DNA of 24,000 bases from Natranaerobius thermophilus JW/NM-WN-LF (GCF_000020005.1 NC_010718.1:1761695-1785694), one strand, 5' to 3'; positions 8,024 to 17,092 are shown, counted from the first letter of the stretch. Made by a program: numbers and translations. The notes: generated by a model from the sequence alone, not told the origin.

Positions 8024-9896
8024 CTCTAAGGCGATTTAATATTTTATTTATTAATTCCTGGGAATGTAAACTATATTGACTTAGTACTTTAGATCTATCA
8101 CCATGCGGAATATATTCATCAGGTAAACAAAATCTATCAATTAATTTATGTGCTAGACCATGTTTAGATAAGCATTCCAATACTTGGGAACCAAATCCTC
8201 CTAATTCTGTATTTTCTTCGAAAGTGTAAATGTATTCGTGTTTTTGAGCTATTTCAAGAATTGAACTTTCGTCTAAAGGTTTAACAAATCTAGCATTGAA
8301 AACTGTGGGTTCAATACCTTCTTTTTTCAGCATATCAGCCACTTCAAGCATGTCAGGTACCATCTTCCCTACTCCAATCATTGCTACTTGGGATCCTTCT
8401 CGTATAGTCTCTCCTTTATACAAAGGAATAGGTGTCATATTCTCCCAAAGAGTTACACCTTCACCTTTTCCTCTAGGATATCTTATAGCTACAGGTTTAT
8501 TGATGTTAACTGCTGTATTTAACATTCTTTGTAATTCAGCTTCATCTTTAGGTGCCATCACTATCAAATTTGGTATGCTTCTAAGGTACGATAAATCGTA
8601 TAAACCTTGATGGGTTTCTCCATCTCCTCCAACTATACCAGCTCTATCAATTGCAAAAATCACAGGATTATCTTGCATACAAACATCATGGATAATTTGA
8701 TCGTATGCTCTTTGTAAAAAAGTTGAATATATAGCAACTACTGGTTTAAACCCTTTACGAGCTAAACCTGCTGCAAAAGTAATTGCATGTTGTTCTGCAA
8801 TCCCTACATCAAAAAATCTTTCAGGAAATTCTCTAGCAAAATTAGTTAAACCGGTTCCATCCTTCATAGCTGCTGTAATCGCAACAACCGATTCATTTTT
8901 CCTGGCAATTTCTGAGATAGTATCTCCAAAAACTTTAGAGTAACTTGGTGCAGTTTCTGCCTTTTTCGGAGCATTACCCGTTTCAATCTCAAAGGGACCA
9001 GTTCCGTGAAATTTATCGGGAAATTTCTCGGCAGGTTCGTATCCCTTACCTTTTTTGGTGATTACATGAACAAGGACTGGGCCATTTTTATCCTTGGCAT
9101 TGTTTAGTACTTCCATGAGTTGAGGAATATTATGACCATCAATAGGTCCAATATAAGTAAAACCTAATTCTTCAAACAACATTCCCGATACCATCAAATA
9201 TTTCATGCTATCTTTAACCCGTTCAACTGATTTCATCATTTTACCGCCAATGGCTGGGATTCGTTTTAACAGAAACTCTACATCTTCTTTAATTCTGTGG
9301 TATTTAGGATCAGTTCTTAATCGAGATAAATATGAAGACAGAGCACCTACATTTGTTCCGATTGACATTTCATTATCATTTAAAATTACTGTCATATTTG
9401 CTTGTTCATGGCCAGCATGGTTCATGGCTTCAAAGGCCATTCCACCAGTCATTGCACCGTCTCCGATTACAGCCAAGACTTCTTCATTACTTCCTTGTAA
9501 GTCTCTAGCCTTTGCCATACCAAGAGCTGCTGAAATCGAGGTGCTGCTATGTCCAGTACCGAAAGCGTCATAACGACTTTCTTCAGGTTTAGGAAAGCCG
9601 GATAATCCTCCAAACTGTCTCAGGGTTGAAAATTGCTCTTTTCTCCCAGTCAATATTTTGTGGATATAAGATTGATGACCTACATCCCAAACAATTTTGT
9701 CTTGTATAGGTGAAAACACCTTATGAATAGCAAGAGTCAGTTCCACTACCCCTAAATTAGGTGCAAGGTGACCACCCGTTATAGAAATAGAGCTTATTAA
9801 AAATTCCCTGAGTTCCTCAGCCAGCTTGTTCAAATCTTCTGTTGATAGATGTTTTAAATCTTCTGATGTATTAATATAACTCAATAATTTAGTCAT
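8001..9896 (-). CDS. dxs: 1-deoxy-D-xylulose-5-phosphate synthase
   Basis: 631 aa. It has the TPP-binging motifs GHSSTSISAALG and GDGAMTGGMAFEA, a transketolase-like middle domain (FDVGIAEQHA) and a C-terminal domain. Confidence 0.97.
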   Translation of the reverse strand: MTKLLSYINTSEDLKHLSTEDLNKLAEELREFLISSISITGGHLAPNLGVVELTLAIHKVFSPIQDKIVWDVGHQSYIHKILTGRKEQFSTLRQFGGLSGFPKPEESRYDAFGTGHSSTSISAALGMAKARDLQGSNEEVLAVIGDGAMTGGMAFEAMNHAGHEQANMTVILNDNEMSIGTNVGALSSYLSRLRTDPKYHRIKEDVEFLLKRIPAIGGKMMKSVERVKDSMKYLMVSGMLFEELGFTYIGPIDGHNIPQLMEVLNNAKDKNGPVLVHVITKKGKGYEPAEKFPDKFHGTGPFEIETGNAPKKAETAPSYSKVFGDTISEIARKNESVVAITAAMKDGTGLTNFAREFPERFFDVGIAEQHAITFAAGLARKGFKPVVAIYSTFLQRAYDQIIHDVCMQDNPVIFAIDRAGIVGGDGETHQGLYDLSYLRSIPNLIVMAPKDEAELQRMLNTAVNINKPVAIRYPRGKGEGVTLWENMTPIPLYKGETIREGSQVAMIGVGKMVPDMLEVADMLKKEGIEPTVFNARFVKPLDESSILEIAQKHEYIYTFEENTELGGFGSQVLECLSKHGLAHKLIDRFCLPDEYIPHGDRSKVLSQYSLHSQELINKILNRLRGEQIEQG

Positions 9897-9905
9897 TTAT
9901 ATCCC

Positions 9906-10490
9906 TCACTTCACATTTTTAATGTGTTTTTTGGGAAAAACAAGTAGGTCTTCAAGTTTTGTTAATACAACGCCTACTAAAAAAATAATGTCTGTCCCTC
10001 TGGTAACCGCAATATATTTACCATAAGCCTTACCACCTACTGTCAGCGCTGATACAAAGGCTGTTAAGCCTATGTTTAAAACAGTTGAACCTAGCATTTC
10101 TTGTTCGGCTACCATTCTTAAAACAAGTATAGTAACTATTGTACCACTAGCTATACCAGCTATATCACCCACAACATCAGCGCAAAAGTTGGCTACTTGA
10201 TCACGATTTTTTATGAGTTCATTGGCTTTTTTAGCACCATAAACTTTTTTAGCAGCTTTGGCGTGGATAGGGGCTTCACTAGCGGATGTGGCAGATACTC
10301 CAATAAGATCAAAAAAAATCCCTGTAAATACTGTTATTAGTAAAACAATCAAAGTTATGATTGTAGAAGTAACCTGTGCCAGAACAAATTGACTAACAAA
10401 ACTAAAAACAATTGCAAGGAAAAAAGTCCAAATACTAATTACAATAGCCCATCGATTAACCGTATTTTGTTTTTCTCGCATTTTTGACAA
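9906..10490 (-). CDS. Polytopic membrane protein resembling a stand-alone DUF21 (CNNM/CorB transmembrane) domain
   Basis: 194 aa with about 4 TM helices. The segment FFDLIGVSATSASEAPIHAKAAKKVYGAKKANELIKNRDQVANFCADVVGDIAGIASG resembles the conserved first-loop/helix pattern of DUF21. No CBS or CorC domain follows. The family assignment rests on motif recall only. Confidence 0.4.
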   Translation of the reverse strand: MSKMREKQNTVNRWAIVISIWTFFLAIVFSFVSQFVLAQVTSTIITLIVLLITVFTGIFFDLIGVSATSASEAPIHAKAAKKVYGAKKANELIKNRDQVANFCADVVGDIAGIASGTIVTILVLRMVAEQEMLGSTVLNIGLTAFVSALTVGGKAYGKYIAVTRGTDIIFLVGVVLTKLEDLLVFPKKHIKNVK

Positions 10491-10552
10491 ATCTGTTTCA
10501 CCCCGGTTCTTTTAAAATATCTACCCGAGAGATGCTAGTAATCGCATTTTAT

Positions 10553-10581
10553 ATTATAACACAGCTTGATTAAAACTAAAA
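10553..10581 (-). promoter_or_regulatory. Candidate extended -10 sigma-A promoter upstream of the DUF21-like gene/dxs unit
   Basis: The minus strand reads TGTGTTATAAT (TGn + TATAAT at 10558-10553), with a weak -35 TTTTAG (10581-10576) after a 17-nt spacer. It lies about 63 nt upstream of the TTG start. Confidence 0.35.
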
Positions 10582-10588
10582 AGAACCC

Positions 10589-11032
10589 TCAAAACACAAC
10601 TAGATAAGCAACTAAAAATCCTAAAATAGCACCTGCCAAAACTTCAACAGGAGTGTGCCCTATTAACTCCTTTAGTCTTTGTTCTGTTAAATTCTTGTCC
10701 GTATTATCTTCAAAGATTAATTTATTTAATATCTCAGCTTGTTTCCCCGCTGCCCTTCTTACACCAGCGGCATCATACATTACTACTAGAGCAAAAACTA
10801 TTGACAGGGCAGTTATCGGTGCCCCCCAACCCAAGTCAAATCCTAAAGCGCCGGTCAAACCCACAACAAAAGAAGAATGAGAGCTGGGCATACCACCACT
10901 TGCAACAAATAATTTTAGATCAAGAGATCTATGCTTGATCAGATATATTGTAAACTTAATAAGCTGAGCGACAAACCATCCTATTAAAGCTGATATCAAA
11001 TAAATATTTGATAAAAGTTCATTTAAAATCAA
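10589..11032 (-). CDS. Divergent PAP2-family membrane protein (DUF212, YuiD-like)
   Basis: It has the ASGGMPSSHS motif, MYDAAGVRRAAGKQAE, and LKELIGHTPVEV. It is collinear with B. subtilis YuiD. Confidence 0.85.
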   Translation of the reverse strand: MILNELLSNIYLISALIGWFVAQLIKFTIYLIKHRSLDLKLFVASGGMPSSHSSFVVGLTGALGFDLGWGAPITALSIVFALVVMYDAAGVRRAAGKQAEILNKLIFEDNTDKNLTEQRLKELIGHTPVEVLAGAILGFLVAYLVVF

Positions 11033-11080
11033 ACTATTATCCGCCTTTCTATAGTAACTTCCTACTAACTGATGTTAATC

Positions 11081-11974
11081 CTATTTTTCCCTGTTGACTA
11101 TTTTGTTAGCCAATTCCCGTAAAATATTAGCTTCTTCCCCATAATCAGAAATAGCCGTTAAAGCTTCATGATGTAAACGAGAGGCATATTCATGGGATTC
11201 CTTTAAGCCCATAATCTTAGGGTATGTGGCTTTTTCATTGTCATCATCTTTTCCAACTGTTTTACCAAGTTTTTGTTCATCCCCTTCAATATCTAAAATG
11301 TCATCAACAACTTGAAATGCTAAACCAAGTTTTTGGGCGTATGTTGTCAGTTTTTCTAAATCGGCTTGACTAGCTTGTGATAAAATAGCTCCTATTCTGA
11401 TACTAGCAGTAAATAAGGCACCTGTCTTGTGTTTATGGATATATGAAACTGTTTCTAGATCAATATCCGCATTTTTCTCACTTTTTATATCTACTACTTG
11501 TCCTCCTATCATACCTTTAGTGCCAGATGCTTTAGCAACTTCACTTATTGCCCATAGTGGCGTTCTAGCGTCTGTGAAGTTTTCAACCCCCTTAGAAGTC
11601 ATTAATTCAAAAGCATAATTTAACAATGCATCGCCTGCTAGGATAGCTATATCTTCACCAAAAACTACATGATTAGTTGATTTACCTCGTCTCAAATCAT
11701 CATTATCCAGGGCAGGTAAATCGTCATGAATTAAGGAATAAGTATGAATTAATTCTATGGCACAAGCAAATGGTAAAATAGTTTTTTTATTAGCTCCAAA
11801 TAAGTCTCCTGCTGCAAGAGTTAAAAGTGGACGTAATCTCTTGCCACCAGCAAAAACGCTGTAATGCATGGCTTCATGGATTGCAGTAGGATATTCAGAT
11901 TTATTGGGAAGGTATTCCTGTAACTTTTGATCCACTAAATTTTTGTTATTTTTCATAAAAACATCTAAAGACAT
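11081..11974 (-). CDS. ispA: Farnesyl/geranyl diphosphate synthase (polyprenyl synthetase)
   Basis: It has the first and second Asp-rich motifs LIHDDLPALDNDDLRRGK and QVVDDILD. It occupies the conserved position after xseB. Its RBS GAGGAGGA lies within the xseB 3' end. Confidence 0.93.
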   Translation of the reverse strand: MSLDVFMKNNKNLVDQKLQEYLPNKSEYPTAIHEAMHYSVFAGGKRLRPLLTLAAGDLFGANKKTILPFACAIELIHTYSLIHDDLPALDNDDLRRGKSTNHVVFGEDIAILAGDALLNYAFELMTSKGVENFTDARTPLWAISEVAKASGTKGMIGGQVVDIKSEKNADIDLETVSYIHKHKTGALFTASIRIGAILSQASQADLEKLTTYAQKLGLAFQVVDDILDIEGDEQKLGKTVGKDDDNEKATYPKIMGLKESHEYASRLHHEALTAISDYGEEANILRELANKIVNREK

Positions 11975-11976
11975 GA

Positions 11977-12249
11977 TTATTCCTCCTCAAAATCAACTGG
12001 CTCAAACTTTAATTCACCTGTTTCCTCATCCTTTGTCAATTTTTCAATTTGTTTTTCTGCCTGTTTTAATTTCTCATTACAAACTCTGGACAATTCAATT
12101 CCTTTTTGGAATTTTTTCAAAGATTCTTCAAGGGTGAGCTCGCCCCGTTCTAGTGCCTGCACAACCTTTTCTAGCTCAGTTAAAGCATGTTCGAACTCTA
12201 CATTTTCTTGATTATTTTGATTGATTTCCTCTTTGTTATTGTCTGTCAT
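11977..12249 (-). CDS. xseB: Exodeoxyribonuclease VII small subunit
   Basis: It has FEHALTELEKVVQALERGELTLEESLKKFQKGIEL. I place the start at ATG 12249, 6 nt after a perfect AGGAGG, rather than the longest-ORF ATG at 12264. This start overlaps the xseA stop (ATGACAGACAATAA). Confidence 0.9.
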   Translation of the reverse strand: MTDNNKEEINQNNQENVEFEHALTELEKVVQALERGELTLEESLKKFQKGIELSRVCNEKLKQAEKQIEKLTKDEETGELKFEPVDFEEE

Positions 12250-13507
12250 AGTCTTCCTCCTCATTACACAAAGAATTCAAATTTGAATGGTCTTCACTTA
12301 TATGATGTTCTTGCTTTTCCTTTACTAAACATTTCGCAGAACCATCAAAAAACGTAAGTTTCAGGATATCTTCCTGTTCTATGTCAGTTACACTCCTGAC
12401 TATGTCCCCATCATGTGTCTGGCAAAAAGTATAACCACGCCCTAAAGTTTTTAGAGGGCTCAATGAGTCCAGCTGTTCTACTAAAGATGAGTATTTATTT
12501 CTTTTAAGTTTAAAGAGATGATAAACTTCCCTTAACAATCGCTGATCTAAATATTCTAATTCTTTTTTTCGTTCAGAGATTAATGTATACGGATTTTTCA
12601 TAACCGGCCTGTCAAGTAACTCTACTACTCTCTGATCTAAATTGCGATACTTATGGTATAACGCTTTTGTCAATCTATGTTTGTAGTCACTAACTTGCCT
12701 TTTAAGCTCAACCTGATCTGGAACCACCAATTCTGCTGCTGCAGTTGGAGTAGGGGCTCTCAAATCTGACACAAAATCTGAAATGGTAAAGTCCGTTTCG
12801 TGTCCAACACATGAAATCACAGGAGCTTTTGACGAAAAAATTGCCCTAGCCACTTCTTCAGTATTGAAGGGCCAAATTTCCTCTAAAGAACCTCCACCTC
12901 TACCGACTAAAATCACATCTATATCATCAATTGAGTTAGCATAATCAATTCCTGCTCTTATTTCACTGGCTGCATATTCACCCTGTACTCTCACGGGGAT
13001 TAACAGTATTGATGTTAAAGGAAATCTTCTACTTATAGTTACTATCATATCTCTAACTGCAGCTCCTGTCGGCGAAGTAACCACGGCAATTTTCTTGGGA
13101 AAAGGAGGTAAAGTTTTTTTATATTCCTCATTAAATATGCCTTCTTCTGCTAATTTTTCCTTCAATTGCTCAAAGGCAAGATGCAACGATCCTAAACCAT
13201 GGGAGTACATTTTCTCTACATAAAGTTGATATAAGCCTGCTCTTTCAAAAATTCCTACAACACCTTGTACTATAACGTCCATTCCATCTTGGGGAGAAAA
13301 ATCTAAATTCCAATTGCGGTTGCGAAACATCACACAGCGGAGACTAGCCCCTTCATCTTTTAAAGTAAAATACATATGTCCTGATGAGTGGTGTTTAAAA
13401 TTAGAAATCTCACCTCTCACCAGGACATTTTTAAGATTATGATCTTGTAGTAACAGGTTTTTAAGATAATTCGTTAGTTGCGAAACCGTTACTGTTCGTT
13501 CAGACAT
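12236..13507 (-). CDS. xseA: Exodeoxyribonuclease VII large subunit
   Basis: It has an OB-fold N-terminus (VSQLTNYLKNLL...VRGEISNFKHHSSGHMYFTLKD), a catalytic core (GRGGGSLEEIWPFN, SCVGHETDFT) and a coiled-coil C-terminus. Confidence 0.95.
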   Translation of the reverse strand: MSERTVTVSQLTNYLKNLLLQDHNLKNVLVRGEISNFKHHSSGHMYFTLKDEGASLRCVMFRNRNWNLDFSPQDGMDVIVQGVVGIFERAGLYQLYVEKMYSHGLGSLHLAFEQLKEKLAEEGIFNEEYKKTLPPFPKKIAVVTSPTGAAVRDMIVTISRRFPLTSILLIPVRVQGEYAASEIRAGIDYANSIDDIDVILVGRGGGSLEEIWPFNTEEVARAIFSSKAPVISCVGHETDFTISDFVSDLRAPTPTAAAELVVPDQVELKRQVSDYKHRLTKALYHKYRNLDQRVVELLDRPVMKNPYTLISERKKELEYLDQRLLREVYHLFKLKRNKYSSLVEQLDSLSPLKTLGRGYTFCQTHDGDIVRSVTDIEQEDILKLTFFDGSAKCLVKEKQEHHISEDHSNLNSLCNEEEDYDRQ

Positions 13508-14343
13508 CTCCTGGCAGCCTCGATGGTATTATTTAAAAGCATTGTGATGGTCATAGGGCCAACACCGCCTGGTACAGGTGTAATCCATCCAGCAACTTCT
13601 TTGGCAGATTCAAATTCAACATCCCCGATTAGCTTATCATCAACTTTATTAACTCCCACATCAATCACTACAGCTCCTGGTTTAATCATTTTTCCAGTTA
13701 CTATCTCAGGCCGCCCTACAGCAACTATCAAAAGATCGGCGGATTTTGTCATTTCTGTCAGGTCCTTTGTCCTGGAATGACAGATAGATACAGTCGCATT
13801 TCGTTCTAACAAGAGCAGAGATATTGGTTTGCCTACTATATTACTTCTACCCAATACCACTGCATGTTTACCGTTCAAATCATAATCGATGGAATCCAAT
13901 AACTTCATGATACCGGCTGGGGTACATGGAGTAAACCTCTTTTGTCCAATGGTAAGGTTTCCTACATTTACTGGATGAAAACTATCCACATCTTTATATT
14001 GATCTATTGCATTAAGGATTTTATATTCGTCAATATGATAAGGAAGCGGAAGTTGAACTAAAATACCGTGTACACTGTCATCTTTATTAAGCTCATCTAT
14101 CAATCGCAATAGTTCATCTTCTTCAACGTTAGTTGGTAATCTTTTAACCGTTGATTCAATTCCCACTTTACCTGCAGTTTTTTCTTTCATATTCACATAA
14201 GTCTGTGAAGCCGAATCTTCTCCCACCAAGACAACAGCCAAATGTGGTGTGACGCCTTGAGATTTTAAATCCTCAACATCCTTTTGTAAATCGGAGCGAA
14301 TTTCCTTAGCCACATCTGAACCTTTTATTAAACTCGCACTCAC
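13489..14343 (-). CDS. folD: Bifunctional methylenetetrahydrofolate dehydrogenase/methenyl-THF cyclohydrolase
   Basis: It has VGEDSASQTYVNMKEK, VQLPLP, TPCTPAGIM, VVLGRSNIVGKP and PVPGGVGPMT. GTG start 7 nt after AGGAGG. The 3' end overlaps the xseA start by 19 nt. Confidence 0.96.
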   Translation of the reverse strand: MSASLIKGSDVAKEIRSDLQKDVEDLKSQGVTPHLAVVLVGEDSASQTYVNMKEKTAGKVGIESTVKRLPTNVEEDELLRLIDELNKDDSVHGILVQLPLPYHIDEYKILNAIDQYKDVDSFHPVNVGNLTIGQKRFTPCTPAGIMKLLDSIDYDLNGKHAVVLGRSNIVGKPISLLLLERNATVSICHSRTKDLTEMTKSADLLIVAVGRPEIVTGKMIKPGAVVIDVGVNKVDDKLIGDVEFESAKEVAGWITPVPGGVGPMTITMLLNNTIEAARRCLNEQ

Positions 14344-14405
14344 AAAAATACCTCCTTTTAAGTAACTCTTAATATCTTCCCCTTCATTTAACCTTATTTA
14401 ATTAA

Positions 14406-14454
14406 AAACTCTGTTAATTTGTGCGTAAGCTGTATGAATCAATTAACAGAGTTT
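14406..14454 (-). terminator. AT-rich 14-bp perfect hairpin with 21-nt loop (possible weak terminator/attenuator) between the TsaD-like gene and folD
   Basis: AAACTCTGTTAATT (14406-14419) pairs perfectly with AATTAACAGAGTTT (14441-14454). On the minus strand TTTTTAATT follows. The stem contains the stop codon at 14453-14455. The long loop and low GC make its function uncertain. Confidence 0.35.
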
Positions 14455-15433
14455 AATTAAAAAAATTATTGTAACCGAGCCAGGCAACCCCAACAGCATT
14501 ATCTTTGGATAGTTCGGGGCTACCAAAAATTAAATTGTATTTTTCATTGGAAATATTTTTTGATAAATAGTTCTTAATATACGAATTACTCATGACCCCA
14601 CCTACAAATAAAATATTTTTTACTTGATGTTTCTTGAGCGCATTTTCAAGTACTGTTAACAGCGATTTAGCAACACATTGCTCTATCCCCCTAGCAACAG
14701 CTGGCTTTGGGTAATCCTCATTGTGTATCAATCTCTTAATATGAGTTTCCGGGCCTGAAAAGTTAATTTTAGTATCTTCAACTGAAAAGGGAACAGATAT
14801 ATCAGTTTGTCCTGATTGGTCCCCAAGTTTTTCTAAATGCGGACCTCCAGGGAATGGCAGATTCATTAATTTTGCCGTTCTATCTATTAATTGTCCTGCT
14901 GCAATATCTTTTGTTCCCCCAATTATTTCTATGTCAAATGAAGAAAATTTACCCTTGGTATGGCAGATTAATAATTCAGTGGTTCCTCCTGAAACATGAA
15001 ATACCAGAAACTTGTCCATATCTTCAAGGCGAATATTGTTGCTTTTTTCATATACAATCGAAGCGATATGCCCCTCTTGATGTGTATATTCCAATAAAGG
15101 AATACCACTACTCAAAGATAATGCCTTTGCATAAGAATCACCCACTTTAAAGACGGGCATATATGAACCTTCTATGGGACGTGGTCTACTGCTAACTGCA
15201 ATAGCAGCCAAGTTTAAATCCAGATTATTGACATTCAATTGTTTTTTTATTTCAGTTAGTCCTTGGGGAAGATTATTAATATGTTGAAAAACAGCTTCCG
15301 ATTGTCTTAAACCGCCTTTTCCCATAGCAACTTCTAAAGGGCGTTCAGTTTTTGCAATAATCTTTCCTTGCTTGTTAATTACCGCCATAGATGTAGTATA
15401 ACAACTCGTATCTAAACCCATTAGCAGTTCCAT
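14453..15433 (-). CDS. TsaD/Kae1 (peptidase M22, ASKHA-fold) family paralog of unknown function
   Basis: It is collinear with TsaD: MGLDTSCYTTS (compare GIETSCDET), THQEGH (compare HHMEGH metal site), VSGGTTEL, DIAAGQLIDRTAKLMNLPFPGGPHLEKL, FSGPET, VGGVMSN and KDNAVGVA. It is strongly diverged elsewhere. It starts 6 nt after the nusB stop. Confidence 0.75.
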   Translation of the reverse strand: MELLMGLDTSCYTTSMAVINKQGKIIAKTERPLEVAMGKGGLRQSEAVFQHINNLPQGLTEIKKQLNVNNLDLNLAAIAVSSRPRPIEGSYMPVFKVGDSYAKALSLSSGIPLLEYTHQEGHIASIVYEKSNNIRLEDMDKFLVFHVSGGTTELLICHTKGKFSSFDIEIIGGTKDIAAGQLIDRTAKLMNLPFPGGPHLEKLGDQSGQTDISVPFSVEDTKINFSGPETHIKRLIHNEDYPKPAVARGIEQCVAKSLLTVLENALKKHQVKNILFVGGVMSNSYIKNYLSKNISNEKYNLIFGSPELSKDNAVGVAWLGYNNFFN

Positions 15434-15439
15434 CGGCTA

Positions 15440-15859
15440 TCACCGCGCCTTATTCAATTGATTAGCAACTTGGTCAAGAATTCCATTAATATACCCGGAG
15501 GCTTTATCTGTACTGAATTTTTTAGCTAGTTCTACAGCTTCATTGATCGAAACTCGAGTGGGAATATCATCAAAAAATAAAATTTCACTAATAGCTAACC
15601 GCAATATACTTAGATCAACCTTGCTCAATCGGTCTATTTTCCAGTTTTCAGAAAACTTTTCGATGTACTCATCAATCTTTTGTAAATTTGATTCAGTACG
15701 AGAAACTACCGTTTCTATGTATTGATAGTTATTATAGTTAAGCTCTTCTTTGGCTTGTGCCAGAATATCTTCCGCTCCTACTTCATCTACATGATCATCA
15801 TTAAATGCCATTTGGAATACTAATTTCATACTTGCCTCTCTAGCAGTTCGTCTACTCAT
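15440..15859 (-). CDS. nusB: Transcription antitermination factor NusB
   Basis: 139 aa. It has MSRRTAREASMKLVFQM...IDRLSKVDLSILRLAISE...INEAVELAKKFS...GYINGILD. Confidence 0.95.
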   Translation of the reverse strand: MSRRTAREASMKLVFQMAFNDDHVDEVGAEDILAQAKEELNYNNYQYIETVVSRTESNLQKIDEYIEKFSENWKIDRLSKVDLSILRLAISEILFFDDIPTRVSINEAVELAKKFSTDKASGYINGILDQVANQLNKAR

Positions 15860-15893
15860 ACCTTACTCCCCTTTTTCATCTTTTATCTAGAGT

Positions 15894-16115
15894 TTATCTC
15901 CTGGGAGGCAAAAATTTTTCTATAGAATCTGGTAATCTTTTTTCTTTATCCCAAAAACGTCCCACAAAAAAACCTAGTCCCATTAGTATTATTGTAATCA
16001 AACCACGCCAAAATCCAAAGAAAATAAAAATTAAGGCAATTAAAAAACCAATAACAACTCCTACAATCCTACCAAAATAATTTTCGAGTAAGTACATAAG
16101 GTATTCCCGATCCAT
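15894..16115 (-). CDS. Small integral membrane protein (DUF2273), Asp23-operon member
   Basis: 73 aa with two TM helices (GRIVGVVIGFLIALIFIFFGFWRGLITIILMGLGFFVGRF). It occupies the conserved position after amaP. Confidence 0.8.
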   Translation of the reverse strand: MDREYLMYLLENYFGRIVGVVIGFLIALIFIFFGFWRGLITIILMGLGFFVGRFWDKEKRLPDSIEKFLPPRR

Positions 16116-16130
16116 GTCATCACCCCCACA

Positions 16131-16670
16131 CTACTTAGCTGGACGAGAAGCTTCAGTAGTTATATTTTCAACTAAAACTTTGACTTCTTTTACATTAATG
16201 CCAGCCTGAGATTCGACATTTTCTTTAACAGCTTTCTGTAGCTGTTCTGATACTTGAGGAATTTCAAGATCGGCAAGGATTTTCCCTCTCAAATAGATAA
16301 TTACTCCATTTTCTGATACTTTTATGTTGGTTTTTACTTCCTTAATACCTTTTACCTCTTTTTGTGCTGCCCTGATCACCATACTCTCGATTGTTTGAAG
16401 GGAAATTTTAACTTCTCCCATTTCAGTAGCATGATTAACTGTTTCTGCTTGAGATTCTGTTTTAAACACTCCCCATATTGATCTAAATGCAATTAATAAT
16501 AATACTAGACCTAGTATTCCTATCTCAATTGTTCCTGTGTAATAATCCAAGCTTGTCCCTATGTAGTTAATAACCAAGTTTAAAGGGATTGCATAAGCGA
16601 TCAAGGTAATGGACAGCAACAAAATAATCAAACTGCCAATAAAAAATATAATTCTATCAAGCACCTGCAT
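16131..16670 (-). CDS. amaP: Alkaline shock response membrane anchor protein AmaP
   Basis: 179 aa with two N-terminal TM helices followed by an Asp23-like soluble segment. It lies directly downstream of asp23. Confidence 0.8.
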   Translation of the reverse strand: MQVLDRIIFFIGSLIILLLSITLIAYAIPLNLVINYIGTSLDYYTGTIEIGILGLVLLLIAFRSIWGVFKTESQAETVNHATEMGEVKISLQTIESMVIRAAQKEVKGIKEVKTNIKVSENGVIIYLRGKILADLEIPQVSEQLQKAVKENVESQAGINVKEVKVLVENITTEASRPAK

Positions 16671-16717
16671 TTACATAGACCTCCTTTACCCATTATGTTA
16701 TCCTATTTAATATTTTT

Positions 16718-17092
16718 TTATCCTTCATCTGGGAATCTAACTCTTTGAATATTTACATTGACATTTGTTACTGAAAAACCTGTCATATTTTCTACTGCTT
16801 CCTTAACAGCCTCCTGGGCTGCTTTTGAAACATCAGGTATTTTTGTCCCGTATTTTATATCTACGTTCACATCAATAAAGACATTATCTTCTTCTAACTC
16901 CACGTTAATACCCTTAGATTGTGATTTTTTACCAAAAAATTCACTAAGGCCTTCAGAAATTCCTCCTCCCACATTGTATATTTCATCAAAGTCACTTAAA
17001 GCTAGATAAGCTATCACACCTATTACATTGTTACCAATTCTGACATGCCCTAATTCATTTTTTTCAGCCATAGTATGTGAATTATATTCCAT
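16718..17092 (-). CDS. Asp23/Gls24-family envelope stress protein (YqhY-like)
   Basis: 124 aa. It has VRIGNNVIGVIAYLA...V..EEDNVFIDVNVDIKYGTKIPDVSKAAQEAVKEAVENMTG. It occupies the conserved position after the spoIIIA operon. Confidence 0.88.
   Translation of the reverse strand: MEYNSHTMAEKNELGHVRIGNNVIGVIAYLALSDFDEIYNVGGGISEGLSEFFGKKSQSKGINVELEEDNVFIDVNVDIKYGTKIPDVSKAAQEAVKEAVENMTGFSVTNVNVNIQRVRFPDEG

Noticed and set aside
8296-9573. Plus-strand ORFs of 104 aa and 122 aa inside dxs, and similar 60-125-aa plus-strand ORFs inside recN, spoIVB, spoIIIAE, spoIIIAA, folD and others.
   Set aside because: All are fully nested antisense to strongly supported minus-strand genes. They lack SD sequences and have hydrophobic, low-complexity translations typical of shadow ORFs in AT-rich DNA.
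10500-10590. 9-bp long-range complementarity (GGTTCTTTT ... AAAAGAACC) bracketing the DUF212-DUF21 intergenic region.
   Set aside because: It is a short, AT-rich match separated by about 65 nt with no supporting internal structure. That is plausible by chance in about 30% GC DNA, so I do not call it a structured RNA.
14344-14452. Possible THF (folate) riboswitch or T-box in the folD leader.
   Set aside because: The 109-nt leader is very AT-rich and consists of one simple hairpin plus unstructured sequence. It lacks the GC-rich conserved pseudoknot/junction sequences of THF riboswitches and is far too short for a T-box.
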